A DNA stretch of 64,000 nucleotides from an uncultured Candidatus Rokubacteria bacterium (GTDB taxonomy: Bacteria > Methylomirabilota > Methylomirabilia > Rokubacteriales > DASRDR01). The notes below the pieces were generated by a model. It was given only the letters and a program-made list of their open reading frames with translations, had not been told where the DNA came from and ran no database searches. Below, one piece after another: positions 1 through 9,284 of the stretch (positions are counted from its first letter, which is position 1; each line of letters opens with the position of its first letter). Made by a program: the position numbers and the translations under genes. The stretch is taken from the NCBI GenBank assembly GCA_963708025.1, contig CAVPSB010000014.1:384001-448000 (forward strand), read 5' to 3'.

Positions 1-183
1 GCACGAGGGCTGGATCACGAAGACGTCCGCCTCACGAACGTTTTCATCGATCTGGACCAGCATGTTCTCATTGGAGAAGCGCACGACTGTCGTGGGGCAG
101 AGGTCGGTACCCAGACACTTGCAGATGTCCCGCGCCAGCTCTGGATGAGCGGTGCCGCTGATCACCTTGACGGCGCCGACCAT
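1..183 (-). CDS. prs: ribose-phosphate pyrophosphokinase, 5' part (runs off window)
   Basis: Manual translation MVGAVKVISGTAHPELARDICKCLGTDLCPTTVVRFSNENMLVQIDENVREADVFVIQPSC matches the PRPP synthase N-terminus; GGAGG SD upstream. Not in the ORF track. Confidence 0.9.
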   Translation of the reverse strand, partial: MVGAVKVISGTAHPELARDICKCLGTDLCPTTVVRFSNENMLVQIDENVREADVFVIQPSC

Positions 184-356
184 GCCCCCTCCCTGGGTGG
201 ACGAACCGCGCACGGACCCTTCCCAACCGAGCGGCCGTGATGTCCAGCGCCCGAACCCCAGCACCGACTCTTCAACGTCCTTGTGATTCCTCGAACCCCA
301 GCCTGGATGATACCAAGCCTTGTCCGGGAAGTGGCACGCCGACCGTTGGCATGTGC

Positions 357-428
357 GCCGAACGCCCGCGGGGAGCGGCCGCAGCGAGCGAATGCGAGCT
401 CGCGGTTCGCTCGACTGCGATGTTGGGC
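357..428 (-). mobile_element. attC-like integron cassette recombination site (isolated)
   Basis: Minus strand GCCCAAC (RYYYAAC) ... GTTCGGC (one mismatch to GTTRRRY), 72 bp, internal imperfect dyad (GAGCG/CGCTC, CCGC/GCGG, GCGAGC/GCTCGC). Confidence 0.6.
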
Positions 429-480
429 AGCCGTGAACAACACCGATCGCGCCACACCAGGAGTGCCAGATGCGCGCCGA

Positions 481-558
481 TCACCGAACCAGCTGATCTG
501 CCCGCAACAGCACCGACGGCGGGATCGTGAGGTCGAGGATCCTGGCGGTCTCGAGGTT
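481..558 (-). pseudogene. C-terminal remnant of an ABC substrate-binding protein (ABC_sub_bind type)
   Basis: Translates NLETARILDLTIPPSVLLRADQLVR*, matching the conserved NLKTAKALGLTIPPSLLLRADQVI tail; rest of gene absent. Confidence 0.65.
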
Positions 559-728
559 CCTCAGCACCGGGCTCTCCCAGGATCTGGGACGAGGCGGTCC
601 AGCATCGCCAGCGAGGGGCCGGAGCTCACCCAGCAGTTATGGCGTCACCGGAAGGGCGGGAGGAAGGCTCGGGGTCGGCGCCGGTTTTCCGATACACTGG
701 GAGCGGGGTGAAGTCGATGGACGTCGGG

Positions 729-1634
729 ATGCGCGTGCTGATCGGGACCGAGGACGGCCTTCACGAGCTGGGCGGGCGGGAGCGGCACGAGCTGGTCGGG
801 CGGCCGGTGACGGCCCTCGTCGGCGACCGCGGGCGCTGGTGGGCGATCCTCGACGGGCGGACGATCGCCGCCCGGGCCGGTGACGGCGCCTGGGACGAGC
901 TGGCCACCGTCGCCGAGGGGACGGCGACCTGCCTGGCGGTCTCACCGGATGGACTGCTGGTCGGGACTGCGGGCGCCCATCTCTTCCGGCTGGACGGCGA
1001 CGCGCTCTCCCGGCTCCCGGCCTTCGAGACAGTGGCCGGGCGCGAGGGGTGGTACACGCCCTGGGGCGATCCCCCCGACACGCGCTCCCTCGCGGTCGAT
1101 CGGGCGGGGACGATCTACGCGAACGTCCACGTCGGCGGCGTCGTGCGCTCCACGGACGGTGGGCGCTCCTGGCGGCCCACGCTCGACATCGAGGCCGACG
1201 TCCACCAGGTGCTGGCTCACCCGGATCGGCCGGGGCACGTCTTCGCCGCGAGCGCGGTCGGGCTCGAGACGACCGAGGACGGCGGGGAGACCTGGCGCAC
1301 CGTGACCGACGGCCTCCACGCGACCTACATGCGGGCGGTCGCTGTCATCGGCGACGGCGTCCTGGTCTCGGCGTCCACCGGCCCCGGAGGCCGGCGGTCG
1401 GCGCTGTATCGCCGGGCGCTCGCCGGCGGCGCCTTCGAGCGCTGCCGGAGCGGGTTGCCCGAATGGTTCGGGGACAACGTGGACACCCATTGCCTCGCTG
1501 CCCGGGGCCGCTCGGTCGTGCTCGGCACCGAGGACGGCCGGGTCTTCGCGTCCGCCGACGACGGCCGCGGCTTCGGGCTTCTGGCCAAGGGGTTGCCCCC
1601 GGTTCGCTGCGTGGCGCTGGCCGGCACCGACTGA
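729..1634 (+). CDS. BNR/Asp-box beta-propeller protein
   Basis: Repeated S/T-x-D-G-G-x-S/T-W boxes (RSTDGGRSW, TTEDGGETW, SADDGRGF); start at 717 or 729. Confidence 0.8.
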   Translation: MRVLIGTEDGLHELGGRERHELVGRPVTALVGDRGRWWAILDGRTIAARAGDGAWDELATVAEGTATCLAVSPDGLLVGTAGAHLFRLDGDALSRLPAFETVAGREGWYTPWGDPPDTRSLAVDRAGTIYANVHVGGVVRSTDGGRSWRPTLDIEADVHQVLAHPDRPGHVFAASAVGLETTEDGGETWRTVTDGLHATYMRAVAVIGDGVLVSASTGPGGRRSALYRRALAGGAFERCRSGLPEWFGDNVDTHCLAARGRSVVLGTEDGRVFASADDGRGFGLLAKGLPPVRCVALAGTD

Positions 1635-1647
1635 CCGACTGCACCGG

Positions 1648-2355
1648 GTGACCGCGTCGCTCCGGATCCTCACCGCCAACCTGCTGAACGGAGGCGCCGA
1701 CCCGCTGGCCTTCGCGCGGCTGGTCGAGGCGCTCGCCCCGGACGTCGTGGCGGTGCAGGAGCTGGCGCCCCCGCAGGCCGACGCGCTCACCGCGGTCCTG
1801 CCGTTCGGGAAGCTCGAGCCGTCCCGGGATCACATGGGGATGGGCATCGCGCTGCGGCGGCCGGGGGCGGTCTCCCGCGTCCCGCTGCCGCACCGGTCCG
1901 CGTACGCCGCCGAGGTCGAGCTCGAGGAGTGTCCGGGCCGCCCGATCGAGATCGTCAACGTCCACATCGCGGCGCCGCACCGGCCGCCGCCGTGGTGGGC
2001 GCTCCCCTATCGCCGCCGCCAGCTCCGTGCGCTGGAGGCGTACCTCGACGGGGCGGCGCGCCCGCACCGGGCCCTGACCGGGGACCTGAACTCCACGCCG
2101 ATGTGGCCGCTGTACCGGCGCCTGGCCCGCCGCTTCCGGGACGCCGCGCTCGAAGCCGCGGCGCGGGACGGCGGGCGGACGGCGCCGACCTGGGGCCCGT
2201 GGCCGGGCTCCCCGCGCCTGCTCCGCATCGACCACGTCCTGGTCGCCGGGCTCGATGTCCGCGGGGTCCGGGTGGTGCCGATCGCGGGAAGCGACCACAG
2301 CGCCCTCGTCGTGGACCTCGCGCTGCCCGGCGGAGCCGCGCATCCCGGCGACTGA
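1648..2355 (+). CDS. endonuclease/exonuclease/phosphatase family protein
   Basis: TANL, VAVQE, GDLN, RIDHV, SDH motifs. Confidence 0.85.
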   Translation: MTASLRILTANLLNGGADPLAFARLVEALAPDVVAVQELAPPQADALTAVLPFGKLEPSRDHMGMGIALRRPGAVSRVPLPHRSAYAAEVELEECPGRPIEIVNVHIAAPHRPPPWWALPYRRRQLRALEAYLDGAARPHRALTGDLNSTPMWPLYRRLARRFRDAALEAAARDGGRTAPTWGPWPGSPRLLRIDHVLVAGLDVRGVRVVPIAGSDHSALVVDLALPGGAAHPGD

Positions 2356-2365
2356 CGGCCGCGCT

Positions 2366-3049
2366 CTGGGCGCGCTGGCGCTGGCGTTCCGGCGCGTCTC
2401 CAAGGTGTACGCCTCGCCCGGCAACGAGGCGCGTGTGGCGCTCCACGAGGTGTCCTTCGAGCTGCCCGCCCGGCGCCGGATCGCCGTCGTCGGCCGGAGC
2501 GGCAGCGGCAAGTCCACGCTCCTCCACCTGGCCGCCGGCATCGATCGGCCCACCGGAGGCGAGGTCGAGATCGGCGGCCAGCGCCTCGGCGACCTCTCGG
2601 ATCGGGCGCGGACGCTGCTCCGGCGAGAGACGATCGGCCTCGTCTTCCAGTTCTTCCACCTGCTGCCCCAGCTCTCCGTCGCCGACAATGTCGCCCTGCC
2701 GGAGCTGATCGCCGGGGGGCGGCCGGCTGCGTTCGGGCCCCGGGTGCGCGAACTGCTGGGGCGCGTGGGGCTCGCCGACCGCGCCGCGGACCCGGTCCAG
2801 GCGCTCAGCGGCGGCGAGCAGCAGCGGGTCGCCATCTGCCGGGCGCTCGTCCGCCGGCCGCGCCTCCTGCTCGCCGACGAGCCGACCGGGAACCTCGACG
2901 ACGCGAGCGGCCGCCTGGTCATGGAGCTGATGCTCGCTCTCGTCGCGGAGGAGGGGAGCACGCTCCTCTACGTGACCCACAGCCGCGAGTTCGCCGCCCT
3001 CGCCGACGAGACCTGGCAGCTCCAGAGCGGGAGGCTGGCCCGGCCGTGA
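2366..3049 (+). CDS. ABC transporter ATP-binding protein (LolD/MacB-like)
   Basis: Walker A GRSGSGKST, LSGGEQQR, LLADEPTGNLD; start uncertain (no ATG/GTG near the expected start; CTG at 2366). Confidence 0.9.
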   Translation: MGALALAFRRVSKVYASPGNEARVALHEVSFELPARRRIAVVGRSGSGKSTLLHLAAGIDRPTGGEVEIGGQRLGDLSDRARTLLRRETIGLVFQFFHLLPQLSVADNVALPELIAGGRPAAFGPRVRELLGRVGLADRAADPVQALSGGEQQRVAICRALVRRPRLLLADEPTGNLDDASGRLVMELMLALVAEEGSTLLYVTHSREFAALADETWQLQSGRLARP

Positions 3050-5581
3050 TCCGCTACGCGCTCCGGACGCTCGCCGCCCACCTGCGGGCGAGCCCCAGCC
3101 TGTACCTGCTCACGGTGGTCGGCGCCGCGCTCGGGGTCGCGTCAGTGCTCTCGATCCAGATCATCACGCGGAACGCGATCGGCGCCTTCGCGGCCAGCGT
3201 CCAGGCCGTCAGCGGCGACGCCGACCTGAGCGTGCTCGGGCGGACCCCGGTGTTCCCGGAGCGGCTGTACCCGGAGGTCCTCGCCGAGGCCGGGGTGGCG
3301 GCGGCGTGGCCGCTCTACCGGGTCGACGTGGCCCTCGCGGGGGCGGACCGGGTGTTCCTCGAGGTCGTCGGGGTGGATCTGGTCGCGCCCCGGCGGGTGC
3401 CGTGGCGGGGCGAGGCGCCGCGGGCGGAGGCGCTCGCCGACGCCCTCGGCCGGCCGGGCTGGGTCGCCGTCACGCCGGCGCTCGCGTCGAGAATGGGCTG
3501 GCGGGTCGGCGACGCGTTCGAGGTGACGAGCGGCTCGCGGCGGGCCCGCCTGGTGGTGGGCGCGCTCGTGGACCTCCAGCAGCGGAGCCCCGGCGCCAGC
3601 GCGCGCCTCTGTCTCATGGACATCGCCCAGGCCCAGAGCCTGCTCGGCCGTCCGGGGTGGCTCCACCAGATCGACGTCCGGGCGGCCCCCGGCGCGGATG
3701 TCGCCGCGCTGGCCGGGCGGCTTCGCGCGCGGCTGGGTCCCGGGGTGCAGGTGGTCACCACGACCGAGCGCGAGGACCGGGTGGCGGGGCTGCTCGGCGC
3801 CTTCCGCCTCAACCTGACGGCGCTCAGCCTGGTCAGCCTGTTCGTCGGCCTGTTCCTCGTCCACGAGAGCACGCAGGCCTCGCTCGTCCGGCGCCGGGCC
3901 GAGTTCGGCCTGCTGCGCGCGCTGGGCGCCACCCGCGGCCAGGTCCTCGGGCTGATCCTGGCGGAGACGGTCCTGCTGGGTCTCGCCGGGGTCGCCCTCG
4001 GGCTGCCGCTCGGGTACCGGATCGCGGCGGCGAACGTCGACGTCGTGAGCGCGACGCTGACCAACCTCTACCTGCTCGAGGCGATCGAGACTCTCGATCT
4101 GCCCCTCTGGATGGTCGGGCTGGCCGCGCTCATCGGGGTCGGCGGGGCCCTGGCCGGTGGCCTGCTGCCGGCCCTCGACCTCGGACGGCGGTCGCCGACG
4201 GCGCTCCTGGCCGCGTTCACGCTGCACGCCGAGACGCGCTCGCTGGCCCGGCCGCTCTTCGGGGCGGGCTGGGGGGTGCTCGCCCTCGCCGGGCTCTGGT
4301 ACTGGTGGCTCGGTCGGACGTGGCAGCCGGCCGGGTTCGTCCTCGGGATCGCCCTCCTGGTCGCGATCCCGCTGCTCACCCCGTACGTGGTCGAGCGGGC
4401 GGCCGGCGGGATCCGCGTGCGGGGCTTCGGGCTCGGCTACAGCCTGAAGAGCCTGGCGACCCGGCTCCAGACCACCTCCTTCGCGGTCGCCTCCCTGGCC
4501 ATCGCGGTCAGCCTGCTGGTCGGCATCACGTTGATGATCGGGAGCTTCCGCCGCACCGTGGAGGTCTCGGTGGAGACCACGGTGCGGGCGGACGTCTACG
4601 TCACCACCCCCTCGTGGGCGCGGGCGGGATCGGAGGCGACGCTCGACCCGGCGCTCGTGGCGACGCTGAGCGGGCACCCGGGCGTGGCCTACGTCGACCG
4701 GCTCCGCCGGTTCGGCGGCCACGTCGGGGAGCGGCGGGTGGCGGTCGTCGGGGTCGACATGGCGCTGCCGGGGCGCGAGCGGCGCTTCACGCCTCCTCGG
4801 GGGCGACCCGCTGGAGGCGATCCGCCGGGTGCGGGAGGAGGGCGCCGTCCTGATCAGCGAGCCGCTGGCCCGCAAGGCCGGACTCGGCGCCGGCGATCGC
4901 CTGGAGATCGCGGGAGCGGCCGGCCCGGAAGCGTTCCGCGTCGCCGGCGTCTACTACGACTACAGCACCGAGGCCGGCGCGGTGGTCATGGACCTCGGGA
5001 CGCTGGGGGCCCGCTTCGGCGCCGGCGAGATCAACAGCCTCGCCCTGTACCTCGAGCCCGGCCGGGATCCCGAGCGCGTGATCGACGAGCTGCGCGCGCG
5101 CGTGGGCCCGGCGCCGCTGGTCTTCCGCCCGAACCGGCAGCTCCGCCGGGAGATCTTCGCGATCTTCGACCAGACCTTCGCCGTCACCCGCATCCTGCAG
5201 CTCATGAGCCTGCTGATCGCGGTGTCCGGCGTCACGCTGACGCTCCTCGTGCTCGCCCGCGAGCGCGTCTCCGAGCTGGCGCTCTACCGCTCGCTCGGCG
5301 CCTCGCGCCGGCAGATCTTCGGGCTCTTCGTCGGCAAGGGGCTCTCGATGGCGGCGCTCGCGCTGGCGCTGGGCCTGGCCGGCGGGATCGCGCTGGCCGG
5401 CATCCTGGTGTTCGTGATCAACCGGGCGTACTTCGGCTGGACGATCCAGGTGCACTGGGCCTGGCGGCCGGTCCTCCAGCAGGTGGGGACCATCGTGGCC
5501 GCGGCCGTCCTCGCCAGCGTCTACCCGGCGCTGCGCGCCAGCCGGACGCCGGCGACCGAGCTGAGCCGTGACGACCTGTAG
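3046..5581 (+). CDS. FtsX-like ABC permease (AttF/G-like), frameshift near 4792
   Basis: ORF 3046.. joins ORF 4829..5581 if one C is removed (RFTLLGGDPLEAIRRVREEG); two FtsX repeats (RRAEFGLLRALGA; RVSELALYRSLGA). Confidence 0.85.
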
Positions 5582-6722
5582 CCGCCTGGTGGTCGCCGCG
5601 GCGCTCCTGGTGGCCGGCCTCGCGGCCGGCGCCGAGGTCTGGGAGCCGGCGCGGCCGGATTACGGGTGGGCCTTCCCGCGGGACCACTGGGCGCGCCCCG
5701 GCTACCGCACCGAGTGGTGGTACCTCACCGGCCACCTCGCGGCGGCCGGCGACCCGGCCCGGCGCTTCGGCTACCAGTTCACGCTGTTCCGCGTCGGCGT
5801 GCGGCGCGAGCCGCCGGAGCTCGCCTCCGGGTGGGCGGCCCACAACCTGGTCATGGGCCACGCCGCCGTCACGGACCTCGAGGGGCGCCGCCACGTCTTC
5901 AGCGAGCTGCTCTATCGCGAGACGGCGCTCCTGGGCGGCTTCGGGCGCTACCCCGATTCGCGGCTGGCCTGGAGCCGGGCCCCGGCGGGGACGGACGGGG
6001 AGTGGACGCTTCGCTGGAACGGGCAGGCGTTCGACGTGACGATGGCCGACCGGGCGCGCGGGATCGCGTACACGCTCGTCACCCGGCCGCTCAAGCCGCT
6101 CGTCTTCCAGGGCCCGAACGGCTACAGCCGGAAGGGCGCCGCCTCGACGGCGGCCAGCCAGTACTACTCGTTCACGCGGCTCGGGACCGAGGGGACGCTC
6201 ACGCTCGACGGCCGGACGGTCGCGGTGCGGGGCGAGAGCTGGATGGACAAGGAGTTCGGCTCGAGCCAGCTCGGCGAGAGCCAGGTCGGCTGGGACTGGT
6301 TCAGCCTCCAGCTCGCCGACGGCCGGGAGCTGATGCTCTACCTCCTCCGCGACCGGGCCGGGCGGACGGACTTCGGGCACGGCACCCTGGTGTCGCGGGC
6401 GGGGGAGCCGCGCTACCTCGCCGCGGGAGAGTTCGCCGTGCGCGCGACGCGGAGCTGGACGAGTCGCGCGAGCGGCGCCGAGTACCCGGCGGGCTGGATC
6501 GTCGAGGTGGCGGGCGCGGGCCTTCGCCTCGAGGTGGCGCCGGAGCTGGACGACCAGGAGAACCGGAGCGAGCTGGTCCGCGACCTGGCCTACTGGGAGG
6601 GCGCGGTCACCGTGCGCGGCCCGGACGGCGCACCTGCCGGCCGCGGCTACGTCGAGCTGACCGGCTACGGGAGCACGCGCCGGCCGCCTTCCTTGACAAG
6701 GATGCCGTCCTTGCTAGAGTAA
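5568..6722 (+). CDS. AttH/CrtC-like lipocalin-fold secreted hydrolase/hydratase
   Basis: FPRDH, TEWWY, YYSFTRL, WMDKEF, GWDWF, YWEGAV, GYVELTGY motifs; signal peptide. Confidence 0.85.
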   Translation: MTTCSRLVVAAALLVAGLAAGAEVWEPARPDYGWAFPRDHWARPGYRTEWWYLTGHLAAAGDPARRFGYQFTLFRVGVRREPPELASGWAAHNLVMGHAAVTDLEGRRHVFSELLYRETALLGGFGRYPDSRLAWSRAPAGTDGEWTLRWNGQAFDVTMADRARGIAYTLVTRPLKPLVFQGPNGYSRKGAASTAASQYYSFTRLGTEGTLTLDGRTVAVRGESWMDKEFGSSQLGESQVGWDWFSLQLADGRELMLYLLRDRAGRTDFGHGTLVSRAGEPRYLAAGEFAVRATRSWTSRASGAEYPAGWIVEVAGAGLRLEVAPELDDQENRSELVRDLAYWEGAVTVRGPDGAPAGRGYVELTGYGSTRRPPSLTRMPSLLE

Positions 6723-6725
6723 GGA
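6690..6725 (+). promoter_or_regulatory. sigma70 promoter with two operator-like palindromes for the TA operon
   Basis: TTGACA 6693-6698, 16 nt spacer, TAGAGT 6715-6720; palindromes TCCTTGACAAGGA and TCCTT..AAGGA overlap -35 and -10. Confidence 0.65.
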
Positions 6726-6727
6726 CC

Positions 6728-7015
6728 ATGGCGAAGGTGACCAGCAAGCTCCAGGTCACGGTACCGAAGGCCCTGGCGGACCGGTACGGGATCCGACCCG
6801 GAGACGAGATCGAGTGGGTGGCGTCGGGAGCGACGATCCGCGTCGTGCCGCCGGGGCGGAAGATGCACGGGCTGACCGTCGAGGCCAGGCTCAAGCTGTT
6901 CGATGCCGCCACCGAGCGGCAGCGGCGACGGCAGTCGCGTGGTGGCCGGACGCGGACCGGGGCTGACCGGGGGTGGCGCCGGGAGGATCTCTACACCCGT
7001 GGCCGCCCTCGTTGA
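6728..7015 (+). CDS. AbrB/MazE/SpoVT antitoxin
   Basis: MAKVTSKLQVTVPKALADRYGIRPGDEIEW; overlaps the PIN gene. Confidence 0.85.
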   Translation: MAKVTSKLQVTVPKALADRYGIRPGDEIEWVASGATIRVVPPGRKMHGLTVEARLKLFDAATERQRRRQSRGGRTRTGADRGWRREDLYTRGRPR

Positions 7016-7427
7016 CACCAACGTCCTCGTCTACCGGTTCGACCCGCGGGTTCCTGCCAAGCAAGCGGCCGCGGCGGAGGTCCTGCGCCGGGGCCTCGTC
7101 GAAGACAGCGTGCGCATTCCCCACCAGGCGATCGTGGAGTTTGTCGCGGCGGTCACGCGGCCCTTGGGGCGCGGCCGAGCCCTACTGACCGCCGAGGAAG
7201 CCCGACACGAAGTCGAGGACATTCTGGCGCAGTTCGTCGTCATCTATCCGACCGAATCGCTGGTGCGGACGGCCGTGCGGGGGTGGGCGACGTACGGATT
7301 CGGCTGGTTCGACGCCAACCTCTGGGCCTACGCGGAGGAGCACGGACTCTCCGAGATCCTCTCGGAGGACTTCCAGCACGACCGGCTGTACGGGACCGTG
7401 CGGATCGTCAATCCCTTCCTCGGCTGA
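6999..7427 (+). CDS. PIN-domain (VapC) toxin
   Basis: ALVDTNVLVY, EF, FDA, LSEDF motifs. Confidence 0.9.
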   Translation: MAALVDTNVLVYRFDPRVPAKQAAAAEVLRRGLVEDSVRIPHQAIVEFVAAVTRPLGRGRALLTAEEARHEVEDILAQFVVIYPTESLVRTAVRGWATYGFGWFDANLWAYAEEHGLSEILSEDFQHDRLYGTVRIVNPFLG

Positions 7428-7683
7428 CTCCTCGGACGGCTCCCCCCAGCGGGCCGGTGCCGGAATTCCGCATCGACGATGCGCCGGCGGGCCGTGCTCA
7501 CCGCCTCGTCGCGAGGGCATGGTGGTCACGCGTGTCCCCGGGGCGCGTCGGGCCGGGCCGGCCAGGATCCCGCGCGTCAGAGGTGGGGGCCGAGCGAGCG
7601 CGCCGCGGCATCGGGTCGCGCATGTCCGGACGGAGGGCGCTATCGGCCCGGCAATGTTATGCTGCCCCGAGGGCGAGCATCGG

Positions 7684-8214
7684 GTGGACTTCGGCAAGGT
7701 CCTGAGCACCTTGGTGACATTCTTCGAGCGCGAGGGCTTCCGGTTTGCCGCCGTCGGGGCGTTTGCCATGCACGCCTACGGGCTCAGCCGCGCGACGATC
7801 GACCTGGACGTGGCGACCGAGGCGCAAGCGCAGCCGAAGCTCATCCCGTTCCTCGAGTCGCTCGGCTACGAGACGCTTCACCAGTCGCCGGGCTACTCCA
7901 ACCATCTCCACCCGCATCCGGACCTCGGGCGGGTCGACTTCGTGTATGTGAGCGGCGAGACGAGCCGTCTCCTGTTCGGCGGTGGCGGGACGATGCTGCG
8001 CCTGGGCGGGCAGAGCGTTCCGGTGCCACGTCCGGAACATATCGCCGCGATGAAGATCCACGCCATGAAGCATGATCCATCGCGCACTCTTCAGGAGATG
8101 GCCGACATTCAGTTCCTCCTGGGCCTGCCCGAGATCGATGAAGAGGCGATCCGCGCGTACTTCGAGCGCAGCGGGCTCTTGGAGCGGTATCTTGAGATCA
8201 AGCGGCTCCGCTGA
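7684..8214 (+). CDS. nucleotidyltransferase family protein (AbiEii/MNT-like)
   Basis: VGAFAMHAYG..RATIDLD, RVDF, IAAMK, MADI; extended -10 TGTTATGCT upstream. Confidence 0.75.
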   Translation: MDFGKVLSTLVTFFEREGFRFAAVGAFAMHAYGLSRATIDLDVATEAQAQPKLIPFLESLGYETLHQSPGYSNHLHPHPDLGRVDFVYVSGETSRLLFGGGGTMLRLGGQSVPVPRPEHIAAMKIHAMKHDPSRTLQEMADIQFLLGLPEIDEEAIRAYFERSGLLERYLEIKRLR

Positions 8215-8404
8215 CTACCTGGCGCTCGACCGCGATCTCCCGACCACGCCTGGTGACGTGGCAGCCCTGCGGCAGGCTCGGGCACGGAGGCAGGTCCCAC
8301 TCGACGAATACCTGGGCTTCCTCCGGCGCTTCGAGGCGCCTCCCTCGGCTCGCCTCCGATCGCGACGTGGACCGGTGGGCCCTCCCTTCGACCTCAGTCG
8401 GTGA
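8192..8404 (+). CDS. small hypothetical protein, probable partner of the nucleotidyltransferase
   Basis: TTG start overlapping the NTase end; DLPTTPGDVAALRQAR..LDEYLGFL..PPFDL. Confidence 0.5.
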   Translation: MRSSGSADYLALDRDLPTTPGDVAALRQARARRQVPLDEYLGFLRRFEAPPSARLRSRRGPVGPPFDLSR

Positions 8405-8419
8405 GCCGCGGCCGTCCTT

Positions 8420-8880
8420 GAGGGTACGAGTTCATGAGCGTTCGAGATCGTCGCGGTGGGCGCGGCGCCCGCGGAGCCGTCGAGCAAGGAGCGGTGAAGA
8501 TGCCGTGGCCGAGCTCGCGGAGCTCGATCGAGACCTCGGTCGGGCCGCGACGGCAGTGATGATCGCCCGCCCCTGGGACGCGCGTGAGACCGCTCGAGGA
8601 AGCGGTCGTCGAGCGAGCGCGGCCGCGTGGTCCGCTTGGACGGGAAGGTCCGGCCGCAGGCCGCGCCGCTGTAGCAGGCGTCGAGGAAGACCACCATCGC
8701 GCTCGGCCTCGATGCGCTCGAAGATGGTCTGCAGCTCGTCCATCGGCAGCGCGGTGGAGTACAGGTCGTCGAGGATCAGCGTCGGCGGGGACGAGGTACT
8801 TGGCGAGCCCGTCGCGCTCGACGCCGCGCGGCTCGTCCTCGAGGGCGCCGTGGCCGGCGAAGAAGATCGAGCGACGGTGT
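8420..8880 (-). pseudogene. caspase-family (peptidase C14) fragment, multiply frameshifted
   Basis: Pieces across frames: IFFAGHG (catalytic His), KYLVPADA, MDELQTIFERIEA, VVFLDACYSG (catalytic Cys), GRAIITA, ELGHGIFT. Confidence 0.7.
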
Positions 8881-9284
8881 CGTACTTCTTGGCGGAGCGG
8901 CGGAGGTGCGAGCAAGGATGCCGGCCTGCCTGGAGCCGGCGCGCTGGGCGATACGGTCTCGGCTCCGGCGACCGCAGGCCGACCGCGTTTCGAAGCGTTC
9001 CGAAGCTTCGAGCGCGTAGACGCGATTACCAGCTCGATCAGCAGTCAAGTGGCGATCCTTACGGCGCGGCGCGTTCTCCGAAGACGTTCGACATCCTGAT
9101 CCGGCCCACGATCGAGACGCGACCCGACTCCTCCGGGCCCTCGCCGTGCTAGGTCACCATTCTGCCGATCAGGGTTAGACGCTTCGCTGCCCAGAACGGC
9201 CGCGCCGGCGCCATCATCGTTTGGGCCCAGCGTGCGAGGAGAAGACGTTCCGTCGCCGCCGCCGATCGGAACCGCGACGTTCGC

